NCBI RefSeq assembly: GCF_001194135.2
Contig: NC_068981.1
Location: 95,424,803-95,464,673 of the forward strand
Direction: 5' to 3'
Length of the DNA stretch: 39,871 bases
Origin: Octopus bimaculoides
Taxonomy: Eukaryota
Shown: positions 10,227-22,776 of the stretch, piece by piece
Layout: each line of letters begins with the position of its first letter
Position numbering within the stretch: the stretch's first letter is position 1
Position numbers and translations under genes: made by a program
Notes under the pieces: model-generated
Database searches by the model: none
What the model was told of the DNA's origin: nothing
The model's input: the letters and a program-made list of their open reading frames with translations, nothing else

Positions 10227-11245
10227 CATTATGCAGTTTTATTTTATTTCAAGAGTTCTTGCCTATAGAGAAAGAGCCGGTCTCTAATCTAGAAAGAGAA
10301 AGAGCCGGTTCTAACCTAAGTTTCTAACTTATAGAGAAAGAGCCAGTTTCTAACCTAGATCCAAGGCTCCTTCAATGGAATTTCAACAACATCAACAGAG
10401 TATTTTTTGCATGTATGTGTAGTATTTGGTGTCTGTTCACGTGAAGATTTGTATGTCTTGTTTTATGTATGCATTCTCAAGCATATAGTTATATGTCTAG
10501 ACATGCGCATATATACTTAAATAATAAACTTAAGGAAAGTTTTACAAATGGCTTGGATCTGTAGTCTTCGAATCAGCTTTCTCCTTTCTGGTTTTGAGAA
10601 GCCTAATTTCTCGAGATTGATACTTGGGCAGTATTACGTACCCCAGTGTCTCCATAATTACAGGTACAAACCTGAACTTGTAATCTGGATAGAGTAACTG
10701 TAGATTTCTCAATAGTTCAGCATAGCTATTTCTTTTCCCCTGATCTTCAGCTTTATGTTTACATCTGCTGGGTATTTGATTTCTACTACTATTCACAGTT
10801 TCTCTTCTCTGTCTAAAATTTTCATGTCAAGTTTATTACGTTTACATTTTATTGAGGTTTTCATTAGGACATTCCACCAACACTCATTCTTATTATGAGT
10901 GGTTATGGTTTCTACCATACTGTGGGTTCGTATTTCTTTGGCCTCATGGTGATCCTTCCGACGGAACTCATTATACAGTTTCCTGGCTACAGCATTATGT
11001 CCCATCGGTAGATAATACCACGATGACATTTTTGGACAACTGCTTATGATGTAGGTGATATCTTCGATGTTTTAAGCCCACAGAGTCTGCATCGTTTATC
11101 ACACTTTGGTGTTTTTCCTGCGTTTGTGTCCCTTTTTGTGAATCAGGTATTTGGTTGATATTTCTTGTTCCTGGATTACAAACGCATACCCTTCAAAGTG
11201 AGGATTAGTAATCCGATTGTTGGTCTATAATAGACTACTTTGATT
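10227..11245 (-). mobile_element. 5'-truncated R4/Dong-type non-LTR retrotransposon (zinc knuckle + restriction-like endonuclease + 3' UTR)
   Basis: With frameshifts: FEGYAFVIQEQEISTKYL, CDKRCRLCG...EDITYIISSCPKM...GHNAV (CCHC and RHD relics), NKLDMKILDREEKL*IVVEIKYPADVNIKLK...SYAELLRNL (PD..D/E-K RLE motif). The 3' UTR has AATAAA-like ends, and the element is flanked by (ATGT)8 at 10195-10226 and (ATGT)7 at 11246-11273. Confidence 0.85.
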
Positions 11246-11289
11246 ATGTATGTATGTATGTATGTATGTATGTTTGTGTATGTGTGTGT

Positions 11290-11420
11290 GTATCCAGTTT
11301 CATTCACAAGGTGTGGGTCGACCCAAGGTCACTTAAAGTAACATTTGCCCAAGATACCATGCAACGGGATCGAATCCTGGACCTCAAGGCTGTGAAGTAA
11401 ACTTCTTAACATACTCAGTT
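11290..11420 (-). mobile_element. Degenerate SINE family A
   Basis: CAGTTTTCATTCACAAGG...CATTTGCCCAAGATACCATGCAACGGGATCGAATCC...CTTCTTAAC aligns to the 21-167 copy. Confidence 0.6.
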
Positions 11421-11703
11421 CCGATATGTTTTCGCTTACATGTATATATGCGTATGAATGTGTGTATGTGTGAGTATGTTTGTGTATATGTGTATATGCC
11501 TTTATTTATGTGTACCCATCTAACTTGTGTTGCATCCTTTTACATCAAGAATTATGAAGCAGCCCTTTGTTATACGGGTTATAAAGTAAGTATCATACTA
11601 AAATAAATATATATGATTAAGCACAACACTGCATGTCGATGCTCCAGTAAGGCAAGCAGTTTAATGACTGAAGCCATGAGAAAAATAAGATAATTCATTC
11701 ATT

Positions 11704-11906
11704 ATTGGTTTCAAATTTTGGCACAAGGCCAGCAAGTTCGGAGGATGGGGTGAGTCGATTACATCGACGCCAGTCCTCAACTGGTGCTTATTTTATCGAT
11801 CCCGAAAGAATGAAAGGTAAAGTCGACTCGGCGGCATTTGAACTTAGAACGTAAAGATGGACGAAATGCCGCAAGGCGTCCTAAAGATTCTGTCAGCTCG
11901 CTGCTT
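11704..11906 (-). mobile_element. SINE family B
   Basis: Reverse complement of family B head, core and GCCAAAATTTGAAACC tail. Confidence 0.85.
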
Positions 11907-11939
11907 TAATTAAAGTGTAACATTGAATGTAGTATTTAA

Positions 11940-12155
11940 GGCAGCGAGCTGGCAGAATCGTTAGCACGCCGGACGAAATACGTAGTGGTATTTCGTCCGT
12001 CTTTTCGTTCTAAGTTCAAATGCTGCCGGGGTCGACTTTGCCTTTCATTATTTCGGGGTTAGTAAAATAAGTACCAGTTGAGAACTGAGACCAATGCAAT
12101 CGGCTTACCCCTCCCTCTTAATTGCTGGCCTTGTACCAAAATTTGAAGCCAATAT
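11940..12155 (+). mobile_element. SINE family B, full length
   Basis: Runs from GGCAGCGAGCTGGCAGAATCGTTAGCACGCC to CCAAAATTTGAAGCCAATATT. Confidence 0.9.
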
Positions 12156-14128
12156 TGCACTTTAATATGCGAAATATAATCCTCTGAAAAATAACCTACA
12201 TTTCTTAATATAATGTGTAATACTAGTATCTTTTATGGAAATTCTGGAATTAAATACACTCCACTATCGAGATAGGGGAGTGGAATGCGTTTCTAATCTC
12301 AGTGTTTCTTAAATATCATTGGAAGAGATATGAATGTTTACAAGTACAGAAAGTCAGCTACAAATACATCTGGTAGCTATTTCTCTCCACCCATAACTCC
12401 TAAATAATTACAAATAAGGCGGAGCTATAAGAAAAAAAAAAGAATAAAAGAAACTCCAGTCATATATAACATACCTTAACATCAAATTTATGGAAGACAC
12501 TTATATATCATGGCAACCGTTGAAAATTCGGTGAACAAGAAACATTTTAGAAAGAGAATCGAAACAGAATGATGATAGCTAGGATAATTTCTTGGATAAA
12601 GAAAATTTGAGAGCCGACATAAACCTGTGTAAAAAAAATATTCAGTTAAAGCACATTGTTTTCCGTTTGATCTTACACACATAAATACATTCATTATTAA
12701 CTATACATAGAGCATGTAGTTGTGAAAAAAAAAATTAATCACACAGTTACATGTGTGCGTATGTGTGTTCGTGTGTGTGTTAGTGATATTTGTGTGTATG
12801 CATGGGGAGCATTGAGTTAGCTAACATTTGGAGTAACTCTGTTTCTTACATAGACCTCAAATTCATGGGAGATGGAGATGATTTTGTAACATAATATATG
12901 AGCACTTCAATTGGAAAAGTAATGAAAAATAGATAACACACACACACACACGCACATAGACACACACGCACACAGACACACACGTGCATATGTCTATCTG
13001 TCTGCATGTAAGTATGTATGTATGTATGTATGTATGTATGGGAGAATTTACGAAAAAAACAACAGACGAAGACAGGTGGTGTAAACAACAAATGGATGTA
13101 TTAGTATAACGCTCGGGAATAGAGAAAGTCTTTNNNNNNNNNNNNNNNNNNNNNNNNNNNNNNNNNNNNNNNNNNNNNNNNNNNNNNNNNNNNNNNNNNN
13201 NNNNNNNNNNNNNNNNNNNNNNNNNNNNNNNNNNNNNNNNNNNNNNNNNNNNNNNNNNNNNNNNNNNNNNNNNNNNNNNNNNNNNNNNNNNNNNNNNNNN
13301 NNNNNNNNNNNNNNNNNNNNNNNNNNNNNNNNNNNNNNNNNNNNNNNNNNNNNNNNNNNNNNNNNNNNNNNNNNNNNNNNNNNNNNNNNNNNNNNNNNNN
13401 NNNNNNNNNNNNNNNNNNNNNNNNNNNNNNNNNNNNNNNNNNNNNNNNNNNNNNNNNNNNNNNNNNNNNNNNNNNNNNNNNNNNNNNNNNNNNNNNNNNN
13501 NNNNNNNNNNNNNNNNNNNNNNNNNNNNNNNNNNNNNNNNNNNNNNNNNNNNNNNNNNNNNNNNNNNNNNNNNNNNNNNNNNNNNNNNNNNNNNNNNNNN
13601 NNNNNNNNNNNNNNNNNNNNNNNNNNNNNNNNNNNNNNNNNNNNNNNNNNNNNNNNNNNNNNNNNNNNNNNNNNNNNNNNNNNNNNNNNNNNNNNNNNNN
13701 NNNNNNNNNNNNNNNNNNNNNNNNNNNNNNNNNNNNNNNNNNNNNNNNNNNNNNNNNNNNNNNNNNNNNNNNNNNNNNNNNNNNNNNNNNNNNNNNNNNN
13801 NNNNNNNNNNNNNNNNNNNNNNNNNNNNNNNNNNNNNNNNNNNNNNNNNNNNNNNNNNNNNNNNNNNNNNNNNNNNNNNNNNNNNNNNNNNNNNNNNNNN
13901 NNNNNNNNNNNNNNNNNNNNNNNNNNNNNNNNNNNNNNNNNNNNNNNNNNNNAGCTATAATTGGTCATCCGTTAGGTTCTAAGTTCAGATCCGAGGCTGG
14001 AGCTAGTGATCCGTATTAAGCTTCTGTGTTAGCAGGTGTGCATTAGAAGAAAAGGACATCAAAAACCAAAGCAGGACGAATATCTCAAGTAATTTACGAT
14101 AATTTAATTAGGGTAAGATTAATTTGAA

Positions 14129-14204
14129 GTCTTACAGCTGTTTCTGGGATATCTCAACTGATAGGCTAGCATGTCTGTACACTGGGTATTCCGTCACCAG
14201 AGAC
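14129..14204 (-). ncRNA. Hammerhead motif, left arm copy, core mutated (CUGGUGA)
   Basis: GUCU-CUGGUGA-c-GGAAUA...UAUCCC-a-GAAA-CAGCUG-UA-AGAC; A6 is changed to G. Confidence 0.55.
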
Positions 14205-14419
14205 GAAGTGAGTATGTATGAAAGTTCTAGACAGGGAAATTCACAGTTCATAACGAATAAAATAGAAAAAGAAAGAGTAAAAGTAGATATAACAATACAC
14301 AATGTGAACTTTTATTATCCTGTCTGTATTGTTATATCTACTTTTACTGTTTATTCTTCTATTTTATTCGTTATAAACTGTGATTTTCCCTGTTTAGAAC
14401 TTTCATACATACTCCCTTT

Positions 14420-14495
14420 GTCTCTGATGACGGAATACCCAGTCTACGGACATGCTAGTTTATCAGTTGGGATAGCCCAGAAACAGCTGTAAGAC
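14420..14495 (+). ncRNA. Type-I hammerhead motif, right arm copy
   Basis: GUCU-CUGAUGA (14424-14430)-c-GGAAUA...UAGCCC-a-GAAA (14480-14483)-CAGCUG-UA-AGAC. The core is intact, helix I has 4 bp, helix II is imperfect and helix III is palindromic. Confidence 0.65.
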
Positions 14496-14580
14496 TTCAA
14501 ATTAACCTTACCCTAATTAAGTTATTATAAATGACTTGAGATATTCGTCCTGCCTTAGTTTTGATGTCCTTTTCTTCAAA

Positions 14581-14613
<33 letters not shown>

Positions 14614-15667
14614 ATGAAATATTCAAACACTGAGATTTGAAGTTAGATGTCACTACTGTTCATATCATCTGTGAGTAAATTCAAAATTTGATGATATCAC
14701 CAGTAGTAGCATGGGTGGAACGCAGTTATGATAGCTTTAAGGAGCTATGAAATATAAATTTGCACGAAGCGTAATGATGCTTAATGAGCATCTACCTGCT
14801 AGAAATAAGAGCCAAGTCTTAAATAATCCACCGTAGCACACCAATATAACAGAGAAAAACAGTATGCGAGGAAAACAGAAAGAATTAAAACATTTAANNN
14901 NNNNNNNNNNNNNNNNNNNNNNNNNNNNNNNNNNNNNNNNNNNNNNNNNNNNNNNNNNNNNNNNNNNNNNNNNNNNNNNNNNNNNNNNNNNNNNNNNNNN
15001 NNNNNNNNNNNNNNNNNNNNNNNNNNNNNNNNNNNNNNNNNNNNNNNNNNNNNNNNNNNNNNNNNNNNNNNNNNNNNNNNNNNNNNNNNNNNNNNNNNNN
15101 NNNNNNNNNNNNNNNNNNNNNNNNNNNNNNNNNNNNNNNNNNNNNNNNNNNNNNNNNNNNNNNNNNNNNNNNNNNNNNNNNNNNNNNNNNNNNNNNNNNN
15201 NNNNNNNNNNNNNNNNNNNNNNNNNNNNNNNNNNNNNNNNNNNNNNNNNNNNNNNNNNNNNNNNNNNNNNNNNNNNNNNNNNNNNNNNNNNNNNNNNNNN
15301 NNNNNNNNNNNNNNNNNNNNNNNNNNNNNNNNNNNNNNNNNNNNNNNNNNNNNNNNNNNNNNNNNNNNNNNNNNNNNNNNNNNNNNNNNNNNNNNNNNNN
15401 NNNNNNNNNNNNNNNNNNNNNNNNNNNNNNNNNNNNNNNNNNNNNNNNNNNNNNNNNNNNNNNNNNNNNNNNNNNNNNNNNNNNNNNNNNNNNNNNNNNN
15501 NNNNNNNNNNNNNNNNNNNNNNNNNNNNNNNNNNNNNNNNNNNNNNNNNNNNNNNNNNNNNNNNNNNNNNNNNNNNNNNNNNNNNNNNNNNNNNNNNNNN
15601 NNNNNNNNNNNNNNNNNNNNNNNNNNNNNNNNNNNNNNNNNNNNNNNNNNNNNNNNNNNNNNNNNNG

Positions 15668-16790
15668 AGGAGTTGATAGTAACGGTGAACTTCGTGCTTT
15701 CTCCACCGCGGGGCAAAAGGCTTTGAGGTGGCTCGAATTCCCATACATAAAATACTTCTGTTTTGTTATCTTCTATAAAAACTGGCATCTGTTCGCATTC
15801 CCCGAAACCGAAAAAATCGGGAATGCGATTTATTTCTTCTGGAGAAATTAGTATCTAGAATTCCGTAAGAATTCCAGTCCTGCTGAGTTGTAGGGCGAAT
15901 TTCCCCTCCGCAATCTCCCCCAAGGTCCTCCAGAATGGCTAAAACCCTCACCGGATCACGGTGACCCGACACGTTCTTGACTCGAATTCGAGTCAGCCGT
16001 ACATGTTATAGCAGCCATTCTTCTGGCTTCTTGATCACTGCTGTATATAGCAGCAACCATCCCATATTGTTTACCTTTGTGTATTTGTAGCACTGAGGGC
16101 TACACACCTTCGAGATATTTTTCAGTCTCTGCCAGAGTAGGAAATTTAAGTTTCCTCTCCTTGCGAGAAACACATTTATAAACAATTGCTCGTCTTTAGG
16201 AGGTTTTTCCTCCTCTTCACTAAGGCACATAACACTTGGTTTCATAATGTTACTCTTGTATTTCAGTGCCTTATTTTTTAAGTAATCCACTGAAAAAATA
16301 CTCCAGTTGCTAACGGCTTTAGAAAAGGGAGTAGCTTTGTTGAGGTTCATTTTGTTATTATTGTTGTTGCTGTTGTTGGTAGTGGTGTGTCATCGTCGTC
16401 GTTGTTGTTGTTTTCCCCACAATTATCACAGTTGTTGCTTTCAATTTTGTTGTTCATGTTTCATTTTTTGTTTACAGTCTTGTTCATCTTGTTGCTGATG
16501 TTGTTGTTGTTGATACAGTTGCTGTTATTGTGTGGTTTCTGCTGTATGTGATGGTGGTGGTGGTGGTGGTGCTGCTGCTGCTGTTCGCATTGTTGCTGCT
16601 GCTGTAGTCGTCGTCATAATCGTTGCTGCTGGTACTTTTGCACTTGTTACTGACGTCATAACAACAAGAGGAAATTATATTTCTCTTTGGCGAGAAATTT
16701 ATTTCACTTTCAGCTGCAAATCTGTTCGGAGTTCCAACAGAACGTTGCTCTTGGTTGATTATTATTAGTCTTTCGTAATCCGACATTTTT
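15668..16790 (-). pseudogene. Decayed retroelement ORF1/gag-like reading frame with low-complexity N-terminus
   Basis: Successive broken frames on the minus strand: MSDYERL..., trinucleotide N/Q/H/T-rich stretch, ATPFSKAVSNWSIFSVDYLK..., KPEEWLL*HVRLTRIRVKNV...DWNSYGI / ILISPEEINRIPD...MPVFIED. These resemble, from memory, an octopus LINE ORF1-type repeat; not confirmed. Confidence 0.45.
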
Positions 16791-16959
16791 TAAAATAGGA
16801 AAAATGAATAAAATCCTGTTTTCAGAAAAAAATGCAAAAATGCTAAACAATTATGACACCCCCACACCCGGGGTGCAGTTACACAAAATGTTACCCCCAC
16901 GATTCGCCAAGGCAACACCAACGTCCTCTCAACGATTAGCCAGAGATGATACTTAAAAT

Positions 16960-17220
16960 GAGGTATCTGAAATAAACTCGACTACTCTCACAAACAAGAA
17001 TACTAAAAATGTACCGGACCGCTCTCAAAAATTAAGTAAGAAAAACAGGAAAAATAATCCAGAATCCTTGTCCGGTACGGGATCGATCTCCAAATCTAAT
17101 CAGTTCGTGTTAATCACGAAGCTAAACATCTCTGAAAGTTTCATCCAAATCCATCCAGCGGTTCTTGAGATATCTTGTCCACGGACAAACAAACAAACAC
17201 AACTGAAGGCGGAGATAATA
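16960..17220 (+). mobile_element. Helentron-associated (HINE/DINE-1-like) non-autonomous element, 3' part
   Basis: AAAGTTTCATCCAAATCCATCCAGCGGTTCTTGAGATATCTTGTCCACGGAC(AAAC)n followed by the remnant terminal motif AAGGCGGAGATAAT. Confidence 0.55.
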
Positions 17221-17296
17221 ATAATAGTTTTTTTATTGACCACAGAGAGCTTACATCAATAATAACATTATTGACGGAGCAGGACAAAATTTTGAA

Positions 17297-17330
<34 letters not shown>

Positions 17331-17833
17331 TGCATGTGCGTTGTTGCGAGGGGTTTGCGTGTAAACAAGTTTAACGCTAAAAAATGAAAAAAAACAAAAC
17401 ATTTTAACAATGTGTAATTTGCAATAGANNNNNNNNNNNNNNNNNNNNNNNNNNNNNNNNNNNNNNNNNNNNNNNNNNNNNNNNNNNNNNNNNNNNNNNN
17501 NNNNNNNNNNNNNNNNNNNNNNNNNNNNNNNNNNNNNNNNNNNNNNNNNNNNNNNNNNNNNNNNNNNNNNNNNNNNNNNNNNNNNNNNNNNNNNNNNNNN
17601 NNNNNNNNNNNNNNNNNNNNNNNNNNNNNNNNNNNNNNNNNNNNNNNNNNNNNNNNNNNNNNNNNNNNNNNNNNNNNNNNNNNNNNNNNNNNNNNNNNNN
17701 NNNNNNNNNNNNNNNNNNNNNNNNNNNNNNNNNNNNNNNNNNNNNNNNNNNNNNNNNNNNNNNNNNNNNNNNNNNNNNNNNNNNNNNNNNNNNNNNNNNN
17801 NNNNNNNNNNNNNNNNNNNNNNNNNNNNNNNNN

Positions 17834-18640
17834 GAGTAAAACTCCCCGGTAACACTGCCAGACCAGGGATTTCTGGAAGTTATCCATCGGTCTTGGGTCG
17901 AAAGTTCTCCGGAAGAGAGTGGCTAGCTGATTGTCTTCGTCGTCCAAGTTCTCCCCATGAACGTGATCACATCTTGTCATCACTAACCCTCTAAGAACAC
18001 TAGAGTGGAGTTTCTCCTTATGTCTGACTGATTGAGGGTTGTGAGCGCTTGAAGATATTCCGTTTTTCAAATGCCTTCTCTCGGTCTCTGCTTGACCCAG
18101 GATTGTAGCTCCGTTGAGGAGACCAGCTGGGAAAACACGTATCTGCTGAACGGCGACCACACCAGTTCACTGTTGAGGAAGCGCTGGAGGTGCCATAGCC
18201 TTACCGCATGTTTGCACACCATCGGAACACGTCCCGTCCATAAGAAGTGAGACTGTATACGCTCTAATGCAATCAGACGGGAACCGGAACAAGGCACGGT
18301 GGTCAGACACGACGAACGTAATGCACGCGTTAGCTACCTCTACCCGACTTTTCAGGGATAGCTTTCTCTCGGCCCATTTTTGAGTGAAAATAGTTACCCT
18401 GCTCGTTACCTCGTCCTAGTTTTTGTCTCTCTGAAGGTCCGGACTGAACCAGAGCCCAAGAAATTTAACCGGTCTGTCCGTCTAGTGCCCAACGATACAG
18501 TTGGACGGCATGGACTTGCCTCTCCAGGTGTCGAGCTGCAAGCTCACTGACTTTACCTGGTTAATTTTTCGCTCCTGGCACCGCCTCGTAGTCCATGAGA
18601 GCGGTTTGTTTTTCTTGATGTAAACACTTTGTGGTCAATA
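17834..18640 (-). pseudogene. L1/Tx1-clade LINE ORF2 fragment (RT C-terminus and downstream region)
   Basis: DYEAVPGAK / INQVKSVSLQLDTWRGKSMPS...PVKFLGLWFSPDL...WAERKLSLKSRVEVAN... / RLIALERIQSHFLWTGRVPMV. Multiple stops and frameshifts. Confidence 0.85.
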
Positions 18641-18644
18641 AAGA

Positions 18645-19481
<837 letters not shown>

Positions 19482-20261
19482 TACATTTTTTTCCCAATAT
19501 GTGTGAAAGATACATTTAGTACATTTCGAGGCAGTTGACATTTTCCCTTAAAATAATAGAACAGTTAGCTTTGGTTATTTTCTTTAAATTCAAGTGTACC
19601 ACAACTTGTAGATTATCTTACTTGTCAACTGTCAGGAAAGAAAACTAAATTTTCTGAAACTTACTGTGTAAGATCAGACTGAGGGAAGGATACTTATCAC
19701 TTAGTCCTTTTACGTATAGCCATGTGTGCATGTGTATATTTATATATGTGTAGAGAAAGAAAATAGTCTTCAATATTGAAAATAGAATTGCGCATTATAT
19801 TTATTGAAATCTGGAGTTTCATATTCTTTCATTCTTTTCTTCTTCGATTGTCCCCTTGCTCTCTTTTACTTCTCTAGACAATTTCCATTCCCTTCACTTA
19901 TTTTGTATATAACGATTATGTTCATAACCAATAAGATTCGTTATGTTTCAATCTTATGCAGTGAAAACATGTTAAGATGTGCAAACGTCTCCAGTATATG
20001 ATTTTCATATATCTTTCTGACGTTACGTTTTCATATATGTCGGAAAGTCAGAAATGAGAAACGTGGAGTAACGATTTTGTGAAGTTTCAACACTCAAGTA
20101 GATATAATACATAGCTCCACTATCAGTACTGAGTAGACATTTTACTCTCCATGTTTCACGCATAGGTATTTACACATACTGTATAACCCTGGGTACTGCT
20201 TACTGATAGCTAACAGCTTACTGAATGTGGAACAGCACACATTCATTTTTTCTACCCAAAA

Positions 20262-21300
20262 TATGTTTATTCCTTCTAGAATGTATTACTTGAAATTCTG
20301 AATCGAAAATTTTGAAAACTTTATAAGAAGAACGAGATGGCGGACTTATTTGTTCGACAGAGAAGTGCCAGAAATTCAGCAGAATATTGTGAATTCAAAT
20401 ATAGAAAAACATACCCCAGTAAAAAAAAACAAAAAAACGATCCATTTAAAACAGCTCTTTTCAATCTAGTAAAATGGGTAGAATTCAGGAATGTATTCAA
20501 CACCTCTCAAAGCTCTGTAGATAAGAATTTAACATCATTAATCCTAAGAATATGTACGCAGATCGGATAAGACCCAAACCAACCACAATATGGGAAAAAA
20601 TATACAAACCGGACTATTATGTAATAACATTACATTTACAAAATCCTGGCATCAGTACGGATAACTCTATAAACCTAACTTACCATCCACACCATATATA
20701 ACTCTCAAAAATCACAAACCTATTTTTTCTAGTAACCACAGATATAGGTGAATCAGCCATGCAAATGCGATTTAGGAATAGTTAGTAAACATATGTTAGA
20801 TTCAATTACACTAAGATTTTTAAAAATCTTAGAATCTTTCCGTTATGAATCAATAATATGTGAATAGTAGAATAATAGTTCAGAAGTATGAACGACAAAG
20901 AACACAGTAAATTTACCAGTTTGATATTATTGATAATATTCCATAACGGAAGCCTTTGACAGTACTGTACCTATAAGTGGACCTGATATTAAAATAATTG
21001 TTTGTAAGGAAATACATTTGATTATTTGATAATTCATCCTGGGTCAAAAGCAAAACGGGGATGAATTGTTTAAAGTTTTGGAATGGCTATGATCATAGGT
21101 CTCATCGGTCAAAGTAATCTGCAGCTCAGCAAAACAACAGCAGCAGCAGCAGCAGCAGCAGCAACAACTCCTCTACTACCAATAAGTACTGAGTCCAGTC
21201 AAAATAAACTAATAATTAAGCGCACATATACAAAAGTTGCAGAGTCGTTATCAAGCTACAGGTGAAATCTTATCGAACAGAACTTTGAACTAATACAGCC
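20262..21300 (+). pseudogene. Penelope-like element ORF (N-terminal domain, RT palm, probable thumb), heavily decayed
   Basis: Colinear PLE motifs across frameshifts: MFIPSRMYYLKF*IENFENFIRRTRWR, FKYRK...PFKTALFNLVKWVEFRNVFN, SDKT...LLCNNIT, PYITLKNHKPIF, VNQPCKCDLGIVSKHMLDSI, QFDIID, DIKII, SWVK, NGDELF.V and G-Y-D. A (CAG)n tract at ~21136-21166 precedes a thumb-like IIKR...LSS. Confidence 0.7.
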
Positions 21301-22536
21301 CAAAACGTCTAACAATTTGTCTTCATTTTATAACGGAGACAATTAATGTATGTGTTTTTGCAGAAATACGATGGACTAGTTCAGTTATGAAGTAACTAAT
21401 CTCTCTGTTAAAAGATGTAAATTCTTTATCTAATGACTATATGAAAAAAGCTAGAAACTAATCTGATAGATTCCACCTTTTCTGCTTATGGAATTTTTTC
21501 TTTAATGCAGTGTAACCACATTGTTTACTTTGCATAGTAAAGCTAAAAATTTGATGTCTATCAAATGTGGTGTACATCACATTACATTTAAAAAAACACT
21601 GTGAAAAGCATAATCATTTAAATAAATAAATAAGCACAGACGCTGGCGCCATTTAAAAAGCACATGTGATGGTGCTACATGAAAAGTATCCATTACAAGC
21701 AGGAATGGTTGGTGTTAGGAAGGTCATCAAGCCGTAGAAACCAGGCCAAAATAGACTATGGAACCTGATGCGACCCTTTACTTTACCAGTTCTTGTCAAG
21801 CCGTCCAACCCATGCCAGCTTGGAAAACGGACGTTGACTGGTACTGATAATGATGATAATATATATGTGTGTTTGTGTGTGTGTAGGAGACAACTGATGA
21901 CGGTAATGTTCTTCATGTTGCCTGTCTCGTTTCTCTATTTGTTTCTTTCGTTGCTCGAAAAAAAGTTCGTCTTCCATGTTTTTGCTTTTCCTGTTCTGGT
22001 TTTTCATGTTGTTCACGTTTTTTTGACGTCCTGTACCCATATATGAATGTGTACATGCATATATATGTAGGTGTGTACATATACGTATGTATATATGTGT
22101 ATATATGCATATATCTATACTATATATAAAACAGAGATGTGTGTGTAATCGCTTATCACGTGAAAACGGCTTCACTATTTACTTCCATACTTGTCATACA
22201 TGAATAATTTGACCTCGGATAAATCTTAGGCTCTTCATTTGATTTTTTTTATCTCTAATTAAAAATAAATAATATTGCTTTATATTTAAGATTCACTTCT
22301 TTAAAAAGGTTTCTCAATGTCAACTTCCGGTACGGACGTAAAAAAACGGCGACGTCTCTCACTCTCTACTTTTAATGTTCGCTTTCTGGAAACAACTACG
22401 ATCAATTACTGAAACACATATTTACGAAGTTCATAAATTTAAATATTCCGTACAAGATAGTTTTTAACGTGCTTTTATTTATACGGCTTTTGACACCCCT
22501 TCACTGGCTCTGTCTGTCTGTCTCTGTCTGTCTGCC

Positions 22537-22584
<48 letters not shown>

Positions 22585-22776
22585 ACACACGCGCACGCGC
22601 GCATACACACGTGTGTTTTTGTAAATATGTTTGTATATATTTATGTATGTGTGTGTTTGTAAGAGAGAGAGTGTGAGTGAGTCAAAGGGTGCGTTGTCAT
22701 ATGCATCCATCATTTTTGGATGTATGTGTGCGTGTGTATGTGTGTGAGACAGAGTGAGAGAGCGGTGTGTATGTAG

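Larger units (their letters stand above)
14041..14582. repeat. ~540-bp palindromic element with ~259-bp arms
   Basis: 14041-14299 is the reverse complement of 14325-14582, about 24 differences (~90%) by hand alignment, with a 25-nt spacer. Confidence 0.95.

Noticed and set aside
15668-18640. ORF1-like and Tx1 ORF2 fragments as one LINE
   Set aside because: On the minus strand ORF2 lies upstream of the ORF1-like piece, the wrong order for a single element, and a HINE-like repeat and a gap separate them.
20337-21265. ORFs 20337-20570 and 21083-21265 as host genes
   Set aside because: They are better explained as frames of a decayed Penelope ORF plus a (CAG)n tract.
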